A program made the translations under genes and the position numbers. Under the pieces are notes generated by a model that was not told the origin of the DNA, searched no databases, and saw only the letters and a program-made list of their open reading frames with translations. From NCBI GenBank assembly GCA_030324005.1, contig JARDVH010000097.1:72993772-73057677 (forward strand): a stretch of DNA of 63,906 nucleotides, read 5' to 3'. Shown here piece by piece: positions 39,165 to 52,368 of the stretch (within the stretch, counting starts at the first letter, position 1; each line of letters begins with the position of its first letter). This stretch comes from Negaprion brevirostris. Lineage: Eukaryota.

Positions 39165-39572
39165 AGACTTGTATTTTGACAGCACTTTTCACAATCAAAC
39201 CACTCTACGCTCAATAAATTATTTTCGAAGCGTAGTCCTTGCTCTAATATAAGAAATGCATCTGCCAATTTGCACACAGAAAACTCCCACAAACAGGACT
39301 GAAGTAATGACCAGGTAGCCTGTTTTACTGGTGTTGAATAAATTTTGACAATATCACTGGTGATAACCCCTCTGCTCTTCTTTGAAATAGTGTCATGAAA
39401 TCTTTTGCACCCACCCAAACAGGCAAGATGAGACCTCGGTTGAACGTCTCATCCAAAAGATGGCAGCTCAGAGTGCAGCTCTCTCTCAGCACTGCACTGG
39501 AATGTCAGCCTCAACTTTTATCCTCAAGCCCTAAACTGGGACTTGAGCTCTGAACACAAATATAGCTGACAC
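39165..39572 (-). mobile_element. Near full-length Deu-domain SINE (SacSINE1-like)
   Basis: gccaatttgcacacag...cctctgctcttctttgaaatagtgtcatg...ggttgaacgtctcatccaaaag...ctgcactggaatgtcagcc...gggacttga. Confidence 0.8.
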
Positions 39573-39774
39573 AAATCAATCATATTATCCATCATTAAAG
39601 TTGCCACACACTTTCATATACTGTGCCTTTATGTTTGTTCAGTCATATAAGCAATTATTTCATACAATTAAGAAAGAGCAACAAACTTAATAAAAATCAG
39701 ATTGATGATATTTTGTGGAAGACTTCTGTTCAGTCCGAAAGAGTCTTCTGGTGGCCTATTATTTCAATTTTTTA

Positions 39775-40315
39775 ACTGGCTGTCATGCTGACATTTCTGT
39801 CCCTAAACGTTCTGCACTGTTTAAGTTGAATGTGAGCTTGAGGAACAGCACCATATCTTTCAGTTAGGCACTAACAGGCTTCTGAACTCAATTGAGTTCA
39901 ACAATTTCAGACAGTAAACTCTGTTTCCCACGCCGCTCCCCCACACCCTCTGCCTCCCAATTTCGCTTTTATTTCTTCGCATGTTTTGGTTTTTCTTTTA
40001 TTTTTGTTTTCTGACAGTAGCACATCTGCTCCAGGGACATCTTTTCATTTCTTGCCCCATGGCCATTTCCCTTAGTCCTGTAATGACTTTTCAATCATTC
40101 AATCTCTCCTACTCTGCCACAGATCTTACTTCTGTCCTTGTCCCACCTGTTGGTCAAAACCTGTTACATCTTTAACTTTTCCAGTTCTGATACTAAGTCT
40201 GAAATGTTAATTTTGTTTCACTCTCCACAGATGCTGCCCAGTTCCAGAATAATTCCAGCACTTTTTAAATAATTTTATTTCAGACGTCCAGTGCTCGGGG
40301 TTTTGTGCTTTTTGA
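39775..40315 (+). mobile_element. Penelope-like element 3' end (GIY-YIG C-terminus and 3' UTR)
   Basis: From 39840: EEQHHIFQLGTNRLLNSIEFNNFRQ*, like the recalled EEQHLIFRLGTLQPxGLN motif; UTR ttccagttctgat...gaaatgttaa...ccacagatgctgcc. Confidence 0.7.
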
Positions 40316-41924
40316 TAAGAGTTTTGCTCATAGAATGAAATGAAACCTCCATTTTTAAATGCCTGATTTTCCGATTAGCAAAAACCTGGTCAGCAGTCGA
40401 AAATTTATTTTTGATTGCAACCAACTACAATTCCATTTGTGCCAGCTCTAAAACTTACAATTATTCAGTTGTATGAACCATGCCAGACAGAGTTGATTTG
40501 TGAAGCTTCATTCAGGGTATGTGTTTCAGCACAAAAGATCTGCTGGAGAGCACATTTGAAGGTCATCAAAAGAATGTCCTTAAAGTGTATCAAAGCGAAC
40601 AGTATAGCACTCTTGTGTGGAATCTGTTAGAATGTGTCTGAGTCAATAATCAGATTTATAGCCATCATTAATACCTCTTAAACATTAGCAGAGAACAAAC
40701 ATATTACTGAGTCACACTAAATAATCAAATGCTTGCAAAAGATAATTTGAAGCTTTCTCGCAGCTCAGTCCACATGGTCAACATTTGATGCAATAGAACA
40801 GGCTACAGTTTGAAATACCTCAGTCATTATTGCACTAATGAATAAACATCGCCTTTAGGAAATAAAATTAAGTAAATCATGACTTTGGTAAGAACACACA
40901 ACAAACAAAAACATTTTGATCATAGTTCAGGCTCAGGATGAGGAAACACAGTTCAGGAATCTGTTATCATCTAAACTCTGGTGGTCCTAACAGCAGCAGA
41001 AACTAATTTCTGCTATTTCAAGCTGGAATATATTCAAATCATTTTTGAAAATGATGTAAATATGGTACAGCAATTCCAATATTAGTTTCTTGAGGGTACA
41101 ATTGCATAGTTCCATTCTTGGCATCACACTTCGCAGACATTAGCTTATTCTGAAAGTCACAAATAATGGCTCCAAAAATATCAAACCGTATTCCTGTGAC
41201 AAAGTGCCCTAGAAGTTTCAATTAAAGGATATTGGGAGAAAGACTTTCTACAGATACTGTTTTTATATGATCAGTTTATTTCTGAAGAATATTTACAATT
41301 TCTTGACAGATTGAAAATGCCATTGTGATTGGGTTGGATTAAGGTGCATTGTTAGGTTAGCGTAGGAACACCTTAACTTTATATCTATCCAGTGCAAAAC
41401 TGAGAAGTCCAAAAATGGAAAAGTATTGTTGATGAAAAGAGATGCTGTGAAAGCTTTTTGCCTTGCACTCAGCAAGACAGATTCGCAAGAATAACAAATC
41501 TAAAGAAAACAACTTATACTGCATGAAAAGAGAGTGCTGCAGTACAAAATTGCTGTTCTCTTTAGAAGATTTTGCTCATATAAAGCATGTTCAGAAAATT
41601 AACTGAACTTCGAGTTAGAATATAATGATTTCTCCCACTTATTTACTCAATGTTTCCCATGCGTTAACAACAGTTTTACAGTACAAAATGCCTAAAGTCA
41701 GTCAAGATTTTAAAATGTTGCAACTAATATATCTGATTTCTAACACACACAATCGTTACTTAAGATTAAGGTATTCTGGAATACAGGGCACATTTATGCC
41801 AATCAGCAGAGGCTGTCAGAGTAATAAAACACTTTCATAGCTGAAATCTCAGCAGTAAAAGGAAATAAAATCAGTTTTCAGGCAATCATTTTCAAATACT
41901 GGCATCTGTTTTAAACCAACAAAA

Positions 41925-42042
41925 GATTGGGCTCTTACAGTGCCTGAGAGGCATGCTTTACTGACTCCTGCTGCAGTGAGGTTGGAGAATTTAATGGGAT
42001 GGGAAAATCCCATTGGCGTGAATGGCCGTAATAGTCCAGCCA
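41925..42042. mobile_element. Short MITE-like element
   Basis: Ends gggctcttaca ... cgtaatagtccagcc; internal atgggaaaatcccat palindrome. Confidence 0.45.
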
Positions 42043-42305
42043 AAGTATATTTGCTCAATGTCAATTCCTATTTACCAGGTGCAAGATGAGATAAGCTGCA
42101 TCAATCAGAACAGAAAAGTTGTATTGGTGAGTGGGACAAGCAAAGTCAGTGATGGGTTAGTCAATGTCATGGCAACCTCACCACAAAGTGTTTAAACTGC
42201 AATCTTAGTGAGAGAGGCAATAAGGATGACTGGTTAGGAAATGGAAAAAAAGTCACAGTACTGCAGAATAAAGCATTCTTCAGAGATCTGGGTTTATAAA
42301 GAGCT

Positions 42306-43070
42306 TGGCTAGGATTCTCCCAAAAAAGTTCTCAATCCCCATTTGAAAACGAGAGTAATTCCCACTGATTTTTTTTTAAGCGGGGTTTTCAGATTNNNNN
42401 NNNNNNNNNNNNNNNNNNNNNNNNNNNNNNNNNNNNNNNNNNNNNNNNNNNNNNNCTGACTGGGCGACTGCACACGCACTGGTCTGTCAGCACCAAGATC
42501 GACGCATGCGCAGTGGCCCCGCATTGCTGGCCTCCAGATTGCTGGCCAGCCCTGCAACCACCACCTCCTCACCCTCAATCGCTGGCCTCCTGGACCTCCC
42601 TGGGCAAACCCCAATGATCTCCCCGCTTCCCAGCCAGCTCTGATCTCCCCGATCTCCCCAACCTCCCCAAAATCCAGCCAGCCCCGATCTCCCGATTCCA
42701 CCCCCGTGGTAGCCCCTTACCTGGTGGGCTGTGCCAAGGTGCGCCTTGGGCATTATCAGAGATCATGCGGCATTGTCCCTCTTACCCCCTACTTCCTGGG
42801 AGGTTGGGGGGCTTCAATGACCTCTCTTCTCTCTAGCAGGGTCACCGCCTATTCCCTGTTAGTGGGGAACAATCAGAAACCTCATTGGAGTGAACCACTC
42901 CTGGCAGGGAATGGGCCCGGTGTGTTCAGTTCCGGGCCCACTAATGACATTGAAATCCAGATTTCCATATGATCTTTGGCTGGCAGACACACGGAGACCC
43001 AGGCATCCAGTGGGAAGCCCGCAGAGCAGCCTCTGCTGATGACTCCAGGCCCACTGTGCCGCTCTAGTGA
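42306..43070 (+). mobile_element. GC-rich TIR element with hairpin (gapped)
   Basis: Start ggattctcccaaaaaagttct as at 15147 and 31469; gatcgacgcatgcgcagtg core. Confidence 0.75.
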
Positions 43071-43869
43071 ACTATAATCTAATCAGAATAGCCACTGTGC
43101 TGCAGGAAAGCTTTGGTGCATGCTACTTCTACTTTGAGCTTGCAAGGTGAACAAATAGCTAGGCATCTATTTATCAGACTGTGACACATGGAGCTATATG
43201 AATCCCAAGGCATACACTGACCAGTGAAGCTAAGTATGCAGTAGACAATGGTAGAGTGACCTTTAGCAGATTTATCAGCTAGCATGTCAAAAAAAGTGAG
43301 CACATTAGACTGCTCCATCATATAAGTGAATTAGAGCATGGATTAGGCGTGCCTGGTGTTGTCAGACTTTTTACTGTGTTTAGGCGTGCCTAACAGTAAG
43401 TTACAAACAGTAATTTACAAAATTGGACCAAGTCCAGTGAATGGAGGTGGACCTTCTAACTTGTTTGCCTTGGCATCCATCTACCTCTGTTCCCACCTCA
43501 GATCTACTTCTGGAGGTGATGAACCTGATGGAACTCTTCTCTGCAATCTCGCCATTGTTGGGAGATGGGATTGTGAGGTCAAGAGATGGCCTGACTTAAT
43601 TCCTGTTATGAGAATGAATACTCAAGCCCTCATCTTACCAAAGTGACACCCTCCAGGCAGGTATTTCAATATGTAGTTCAGTCTCTGATGGTAAGGTACT
43701 AAATGCAAAATCAAAACAACTGNNNNNNNNNNNNNNNNNNNCAACTGAAAAATTAATTCTTTGCTTGGGCTGAGAAACTAATTTAACAGGGTCAGGATGT
43801 AAAGTAACTAATTTGTAATACTTATGTCTCAACTTATTTCATGATTTATTCTGTAACTGAATCAACATG

Positions 43870-44200
43870 AACAAATACTCATATTGTGTCTTTAGTGCAG
43901 CAAGTCCCAACATACGTTATCAAACAAAATTTAAAACTAAGCCACACAATGAAATATTAGTACAGATGATCAAAAGCTTGGTCATTGGGATAGGTTTCAG
44001 AGTGTTTAAAAGGTGCAGAGTTTTAGGAAGGGAATTCCTGAGTTCATGGCCAAAGCAGCCGAAAATACAGCTGTCAAAAAAAAGAGCGGTTAAATTCTGG
44101 AATACATAAGTCGTCAGAATTGGAGGAGTGCACAGATCTGAGAGTTGTAGGACTGGAAGTGGTCACAGAGATAGAAAGGGGAAAGGGCATGGAGAGGCAG
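43870..44200 (-). mobile_element. L2-like 3' end
   Basis: gatgatcaaaagcttggtc...ggaagggaattcc...ggaggagtgcacagatctg...gtaggactggaag. Confidence 0.6.
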
Positions 44201-44400
44201 TATTAGATACAATATGGTACGTTGTACTTCATGGGGTCACCTGACCTGGAGTCAAAGGATAAATAGGACATGTAAGAAGATTGTAACAAGGCTGGTTATG
44301 CCTCGCAGCTGTGTGTTCATATTCTATCAATAAAGTTAATTTACAGTAATGGTTTTTGTCATCCTGCAATCTTATGCAGTTTTTTTTTGTTTACACACCT
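44200..44400 (+). mobile_element. Solo LTR remnant
   Basis: ggtcacctgacc, gataaata, aataaa; inverted homology to 45977-46110. Confidence 0.55.
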
Positions 44401-45469
44401 TAGTGAAGTGACATAGTTTATCACAGTTCTTCCAGTGCTTTTATAGGCTGGACAACTATGTGGTAAATGCTCTGTTCCACATTGACTGTATTTATTGGGG
44501 AGATTTTCCAGGCCTGCTAGCTCTGATCGCAAATTGCAATAGCCTGGAGAATTCAACGGCAGTGCAAAAAGGTTAACTTCCTCTTTGAAGTGGTTTGCGA
44601 CAGAGGAAGTGAAACCACAGACTGTCGATCAGTCTTAGGCTCTGCCAACATTGCAGTCAGGATCACTGGGGTACTTGGGGTGCATTCAACTGTGAAGGAA
44701 AATAAAAATAAACACAGGTGGCTGGACCATGATAGAAATACATTGATCTAGCAGCTGAATCTTATACAAAATACTGCACATTGAATTTGTAACAGACCAA
44801 AGGCTTCAAGTGTAATGGAGAGGGTTTCAACAATTTCAGCTTGCTGGGAAGGCTCAGCAATTTCAAATCAAAGCTGAGTGCATACACTGGAACTGAGTGC
44901 ACAGCTGTGCAGACTGCCCCTTAATATCTCTCTGCAGAGGACTTTAAAAGGGTTTTGCTCTCACCTGAAGCTTCTGACAGGGAGAAAGAAAAATCTCTGC
45001 TGCAGAATGGAGTGCTGCAATGATTTAAAATCCTGTCAGGTGACAAGGGGCATGGAGGTTACAAGTAGCTTGCAACTTAAGAATTTGACAGCTGGAATAC
45101 AGATATTGCTCACAGAGCTGCCTGAAATCACCATGCCAGCAGCTATCTTCAGATCTGCCAGGTCTAAAAGGCACAGTCTGGCCACGATACCCCATTCCAG
45201 CTGAGAGTGGTGAGGTTGTCTGTCATGAATAAATTAGCATCTATCCAAATCCCATCTGATAGACAATGCTAACGCCAGCAAGAAACTCTTCAGGTTTCCC
45301 ACTGGCATTGGTGCTTGGACCCAATTCGGGAGAATGGCAGCCCAATATATTTTGATAGCATTTTAATTATTTTTACTTTGAGGCTATTTGTTTTTCCCTT
45401 GCTGCTTCTGTTTAACTGCATATAACTGCTTTACTGTGCTGTGATATTTTTCTGTTATGTTTAATCTGA

Positions 45470-46110
45470 CATTTTGTTATCTCTTCAGATATTTGTAGCT
45501 TTCTCTAACATGAAATCCACTTTTCCCAAAAACTGCTCTCTCAGAGTATCATTTGTGGTCCTGCAAATTATTCTACCTTGGATGGATGAATCTTCAAGCT
45601 CTCCAAATTCACATGATTTAGTTCATTTTATAAACATACTGACTAATGTTATCACTGCCTTGTGTGCATGTAAAAAAATTTGCATCCCTCATGCATGTTC
45701 TTTTTTAAGGAGTGCAGTAAGCTTTGAATTTTTTCACTTTTTTTTCCAATTTCATTTCTCATCACCTTTAAATGCAAATGTGTTATAAACTTCCAGGGCT
45801 TCTTCCTCTGCAATGTGAAGGAAGATGGAAAACTCTCATCACTGCCCATCGCTTTGAGGTACAGCTCAAAGTGCTGCCAGAATCTCCTCCAGTTTTCTCT
45901 GAGATTGCCCTCCAAACTGAGCTCTATTGGTGGTTTCAGAACCTGCATTGTTATATTTAGTTCACTTCCAACACCATGTCTTGTTTTTAAGTTGCAGGGT
46001 GACCGACACCATTGCTGTAAACCAATTAATTACATAACAATTAATAACAGGTCATGAACATACAACTGCAAGGCATCTGCTGTCTTGTTCCAGGAGGAAC
46101 CCATGGAATT
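45470..46110 (-). mobile_element. Gypsy LTR retrotransposon 5' remnant: LTR end, PBS, gag start
   Basis: Minus strand ...aaacaagaCA|TGGTGTTGGAAGTG (PBS, 45963-45976), then MQVLKPPIELSLEGNLRENWRRFWQHFELYLKA. Confidence 0.75.
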
Positions 46111-46324
46111 TTATCTCAAATTAAGTCAGTACCTTTAGGAGGAAAGGAATGGAAAAATCTATCATTTTGATTCTTATTCCGATGTCAGTTGTGTGGAGGA
46201 GTGCGTCAAGCCCCACCTTATAGGGCCATGCCCATGAGGAGGATTTTTTTAAAAAAGGGTTAGGGGGTAAAAGCTCAGCGTTTTTAAAAATGTGAAATCA
46301 ATACAACTTGTATAGTTCATCAAA

Positions 46325-46366
46325 GAAAATCCAACACCAAGAAAATCCAACACCAAAAAAATCCAA
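46325..46366. repeat. 16-bp tandem repeat, about 2.6 copies
   Basis: gaaaatccaacaccaa twice plus aaaaatccaa. Confidence 0.8.
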
Positions 46367-46499
46367 ATTGTTAAAACAGAACTTGCAAATTCAAACTCAG
46401 AGAACAAAGAAAAGTAATGATAAATATGAAATTGCAATGAATCTACTGCTACTGATGTCAAAAATAACAAATTACATTAAGCAAATTCTTTATGAAATA

Positions 46500-47110
46500 G
46501 AGCTTCCATTCAGGGTCTCCTTGGAATGGAGAAGGTCAATCAGGGATTTAAGTGGAAATCATTGAAGGACTTAGAACATAAGAACATAAGAAATAGGAGC
46601 AGGAGTAGGCCATCTAGCCCTTNNNNNNNNNNNNNNNNNNNNNNNNNNNNNNNNNNNNNNNNNNNNNNNNNNNNNNNNNNNNNNNNNNNNNNNNNNNNNN
46701 NNNNNNNNNNNNNNNNNNNNNNCTGCACCTGCAGGCTGGGTTTTTGCAACTCATGCATAAGGACCCCGAGGTCCCTCTGCACCGTCGCCTGCCACTTCAA
46801 TAGAATAAATAAGAAATTGATTCCAGGGACAAGATTGATAACCAGAGGACACAGATTTGGCATAATTCGCAGAAAGGTACACAGGCAAAATGAGGAGTTT
46901 TTTTAAACAATGAGTTGTGATCTAGAATGCACTGCCTGAAAGAGTGGTGGAAGCATATTCAAAAACAACTTTCAAAAGTGAATCGGATAAATGCTTGAAG
47001 GTAAAAAATGCAGAAAAAGCAGTGAATGGGATGAATTGGATAACTCTTTCAAAGAGTTGGCTTAGGCACAATGGGCCAAATGTCTTTCCTTTTGAATCAT
47101 TCTGTGACAC
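46500..47110. mobile_element. Old plus-strand CR1 3' end interrupted by a young minus-strand CR1 (46571-46795)
   Basis: agaacataagaacataagaaataggagcagg tail; QRDLGVLMHELQK on minus; TRGHRF and aatgcactgcctgaaagagtggtgg on plus. Confidence 0.8.
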
Positions 47111-50100
47111 TCTGTGCCAGATCTGACGTCTTTGAATTGTACCAGCTGAGGGAATTCCGCACCACGCACCTGCAATTTGCATTTGTCTGGACTCTACTCA
47201 AAAACACACACAGTCTAAAAACCTAAGGTCAGGAATGTGTAGTGTTGAGAAACCACAAAATTACTTACCACTGGCCTATCACAGCAACCCTGGCATAGTT
47301 ACAATTTTAAAACTGAAATTTAAGTACCATAGGTCCTGAATCAGCACACTACTAAACAAACCTTTCCATACTTCACATTCAAATCGACTTGTTCTAAAAA
47401 TATACTGTGAATTTTTACTTACATGGATTCTGAAAAGCACAAAACTTTTCTTAAAATTCTGACAAACTTACTCTACCTGTGTATTTGGCAACTTCTCAAA
47501 ATCCCAGATATTAAAAGGAGTGCAAGTTCCACATGATATTTTCAAGACATTCCAATTTTGGTGTCCAATAATCTATCGTCAGTCATACAGCAGCTATCGT
47601 CCAGCATTCCCTTTGACTCCTAAAACACTTTAATGACTTCCACATGCATTCTGGTGAGTTGAGAGAGTGGGTGTACTAATCTAATAAAAGGGCAAATCCA
47701 ACAAGTCCATTATCACTCATTTTATTGTGCTCAAATTTGTTTTGGCAAGGAAGCCCCATTTCATCTGGTCACACAGTAAGGTGGTATCAGTTCACTCACC
47801 CTACTGCCATTTCCCTCATACTTTGTGCAGCTGTTTTCTGTAGCTTTCAGAACACTGCCTCTCTACACTTCCAAATACCCAAGGGCTCTCAAAGTGCTAT
47901 TCTAATGTTTCCAGACTTAACATTTTCATTCCGCTTTTTACCCTTTCCTACCTGTAAAATTTCCCATGAGATTCAGTCTCTGCACCTTCTCAAACTTGTG
48001 CCACTTTATATGTTAATTCAATGTGAAATTTTGCTGCAAGCTACATTCCCCAACGTCTAGATTGTACTGAAAAAAACAGTTTAATTTAAAATGCCAATCA
48101 AGTTCCTTCAAACAAGCTCTCGTGGTTAATTTGATTCATTCTGATGATAGAAGTGTGTTATTGTTTTTTAAAAAGAAGTCAATTTTACGGGGCAAGACTG
48201 TACTATTTGTCTCCAGTTTGCTTCTGGGACCTGTCCTTTCTCGCAATTCGTCTCAATTTGTGAATTGATTATTTCATTTCTGTGACTTGTTTTGACACTT
48301 CCTCTCCTCCCCTATACTATTCCCTCATCATATCTGGCATTCAGTTCCACTGGTGCCAGCAGCCCTTAGATACTTCATCCATGTGTAAATCTTAACAGCA
48401 AGGCACATTCCACAGTTGGCCATACTTTGTGCTCAAATCAAAAGTGTAAAGATGTTAATTGGCACTGTACTACAAATGAAATTGAAGTTAAAATAGGTAT
48501 CATTTCATAACAGATAATAATGGCCAGTTTGGAAAAATATTTCTATCAGGTCAGTATGTTAAATGCCATATTAAGTCCCAAATGTATCAAAGAAAGAGTA
48601 ATAGTTACAATTTCCTTCCTTTTATACATTTTTGCTGGCCTTTATTCCTCCACAGTATGGAAACTTGTATATCCAAAACACTACTGCACTTAACTTTTCC
48701 TACACACAACTCCACTCACCCATCACTCCAGTCTTCCTTGACCCATGTCTCCAAACACCTTCAATTTATCATCTTCAAATCCCGTCATAGCCTTTCCTCA
48801 CTACACTGCTGCAATCTCCTCCACTCCGTAACACACTATCCTTCTGACTCCACTCTTTTACATATTCTTTCATTTCTTCCTTGAACCTCTCTGCTCCTGT
48901 TCAGTATTCTCTCCAAAAACCTTCTGGCCCCCAACGCCCTCATTCTCCCTTCACATATGTTAAATCCCATTTTTTGGATTAAGTGTCTGATCAGCCTTCC
49001 AGATTTCATCATTCCCGTCTCAGCATTTATTTTCTATATGTTGAGGAATGTCTTTTATAATAGAAGCACCATAAAAAGACAATTACTCAAATTTAATTAG
49101 AACCCAGTTTTAGGTTAGGTCCCCAGCTACAGAAAATAATCTCAATCACTGGACTGTAAAGCTTAAATATAATCTTGCGTTTGCCTGGAAATGAAAAGCC
49201 ACTGGGAGTTAATGCTGCATTTTTGAAGCAAGAACTTCCATTCTGTCATTTTTTGCATGACATAAATCCTCAGCTTTTGCCTCATTGCAATGAATCTTTG
49301 TACAGGAAAAATAAATCAGCAGCGGTGATTTATTCCAGAGTGGTGACTTGAATTCTTCTTGCAACCATTTCAGTGCTAACAGTGTCAAAAGTCAAGGAAT
49401 TAAGTATAAGATCAATACATCAAATAGAGCTTCCAGATTTTTGCCAAAACCTTTTACAAAGTGGCAACCGAAAGAGTAGGCCAGAATTTATTTTAAAATA
49501 ACTGTGACACTAATGCTGCTTAATATACGCACAGATCAGGCAACTTTAGGAAAGTGCAGATGAATGTGAAAATCTTAAATTGCTGTCTGAGATGTGGCAC
49601 CTTCACAAACATGCAAAAGCAACAGCATTCTGTCTGGCTCCTTGTTTGAATCTATTGGACAGCTTGAAGTTTCTGTATTTCATACTGTAGCTACAGACAA
49701 AACTCACCACTGAAAGTTAAGACTTATCCAGTTCAATGTACTATTTTTAACCTTGTTGCAAATCTTAATTAATGCCAAGCAATTTTTCTGAAAATGAAAT
49801 TTTATAGGTGTGGTGTCTCATTGCTTCAGCGTTTAATTGCTGATGGGATTTCTTTTTTAAAATTAACTCAAATTCATTTTGTTTACATTTTCTTTCTGTC
49901 ACTTTCTGATTTCAGTTCAAAATTACTATTCTAATTTGCGCCTCCTGGTTCATACTCATTAACAGTACTTTTAAATAGGCATACTGTTGCTTGTCCTTTT
50001 CATATAGGCCCCAGATGCAAGGCAGAGAGTACTGCATACCAAGATCTAGATTATTAATATACATCAGGAAAAGACAACGTTGCAATACCTTGGAGAACTC

Positions 50101-50584
50101 CACTATAATCTCACCTCTAGCCTGAAAAATATCCATTGACCATTGTTCTGTTTCCTATTACTCAGTCAGTTTTCTACCCAAGTTGCTACTGTCCCTTTTA
50201 TTCCATAAACTGTAATTTTTCTCACAAACCTGTTGTGTGGCACCCAAAAGTTAGCAGAACTTTAAAACTCCCCACAAAGGCTGTGAATGCTCGGGCAAAC
50301 TGAAATTTTTCAAGACCGATATCAGCAGATCAGGTAAGGAATACTTGGTGGAATAGCAGGGAAATGGCGCTGGAGTACAAAATATTTGTGATCTATTAGA
50401 ATGATGGATAGGCTCATGCCCTTCTGCTATTTTTATATTCTCTTGAGAAACTGTATAACTGCACATTTACCCCTGCTGTTTAAAGTGGAAATGTGTCATT
50501 TGACAGGAACCAACACATTTCAATATAAACAATTATCCAGGCAACAGGCCGAACAAATATTGATCTCTGACATATTGGGTGTGA

Positions 50585-50850
50585 TGATGTGGGTATGCCG
50601 GTGTTGGACTGGGGTAAACACAGTAAAAGTCTGACAACACCAGGTTTCAGTCCAACCGATTTATTTGATAATAAACCCACAAGCTTTCAANNNNNNNNNN
50701 NNNNNNNNNNNNNNNNNNNNNNNNNNNNNNNNNNNNNNNNNNNNNNNNNNNNNNNNNNNNNNNNNNNNNNNNNNNNNNNNNNNNNNNNNNCTTGTGGGTT
50801 TATCAAATAAATCGGTTGGACTGAAACCTGGTGTTGTCAGAGTTTTTACT
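50585..50850. mobile_element. Inverted (hairpin) Penelope-like element with 13-bp target-site duplication
   Basis: Arms 50622-50683 and 50791-50850 are near-perfect inverted copies; atattgggtgtga lies at 50572-50584 and 50851-50863. Confidence 0.8.
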
Positions 50851-52368
50851 ATATTGGGTGTGAAACAGTGTTCCTGTGCATTATGGTCAGTATTCTTATT
50901 CCAATCAACACTACGAAAGAAAAGCTAATTGAATATGTGCATAAAGTGTCTACCACATTTTCCTACATATCAATGACCACTTGGAAAGTGTGCCACATAA
51001 AAGCAGGTTTTTTAACTACAGTGTAATGCTAGAACTAGCTTGTCAAAATATTGGAGCGCTTGTTAAAGGTAGAATCTTTCTCTTATTCACAATTATCAAC
51101 TTCTTTAATACTGGCAACAGCATTGAAAAAAATGTTTTTCTCTTCCCTCTCAAAAATCAGCATCACACCACATTGTCCAATTCAAGACTGAACTGGTGGC
51201 ACTGGCAGCCTGTGTAGTGCCACAAATTGACCTGACTTCTTGAGAATGAGTATGTCTATTTTAAGATTTAAAGGAAATATTTATTTGTAGTTGGAGGGAT
51301 ATTGGTTGACAGTTTGTCTTAAACCTGATGTAAAGGCTCAGCAAATAGTTTTTGGCATTGTAGGGCACAGTGCACAATTACCCGAATCTAAAGCATCATC
51401 TTTCACCTCTATATCCCACTCCGAGAAAGAAGACAAAGCTTTTCTTTCTTCCTCACAGCTGTTTAGGACATAAAGGGGGAATTCTTTCAATCGTCCGCAA
51501 CCTTCTTATATCTGCTTGTGTTTTGAACAGTGTGTTACATTTTCATAATTCACCTGGACTAATTAAGTGAATTAATCACTTAAGTAATTTTCATCTAAAA
51601 AATCATAAAAACCATATGTACACCAGTTTCAACTAAGATGAAATACCTATATTGTAAAGATCCTTACAAAAAGAGTGTTTACCAAACAGGTCTCCTCTTG
51701 CTGCATGCAACATTTTCTGATCAAAGGGGTGAGTAAGCCACATGCTTTCTGGTATCTGACAAGGTCACTCAATATCATTAGGTACAGAGTGTGCAGCACT
51801 AGCTGTAATTCATCAGACCCCTTTAAACCTTTGTTTATGTAAAAGTTATCACTGTCTATAGGTTGCTTGCAACTAGGACTGCCAATTTAAAATTGCAAAT
51901 AATACTGCTGGAATTTTATTACATAGGTTTATCCTTCAAATTTTAAATAAGTTTATTTATTCAGAGCAGTTTACATGGTGGAAATTGATCAAAAAAGCAA
52001 GCTGCTGATTTTACACTCGCCTAATATACCATAAAACAACCGCATAGTAATATTTAAACACCAAGTATGATCCTTAGGTCGAACTGTCTGTTGACAACAT
52101 TTATACAATGATCATAAAGGAGTAAAGAATGAAAAGAGGCCATTTGTCCATTAAATTCTAACTTTCAGATAACATGCATAATTTTTCATATAGAAACACT
52201 TATCCACTCAAAGAGTAAATCTGACAAAAAATTCTCCAGAACTGCTTGCAATCTATCCAATTTTACAAGCTTCATTTCTTAGCACTGGTTGATAGTTTTC
52301 CCACAGATAACATTTTCCCTCGCCCTAAAAGTACAATAATCACCCAGAGCATCAATTCATTTCATTAT

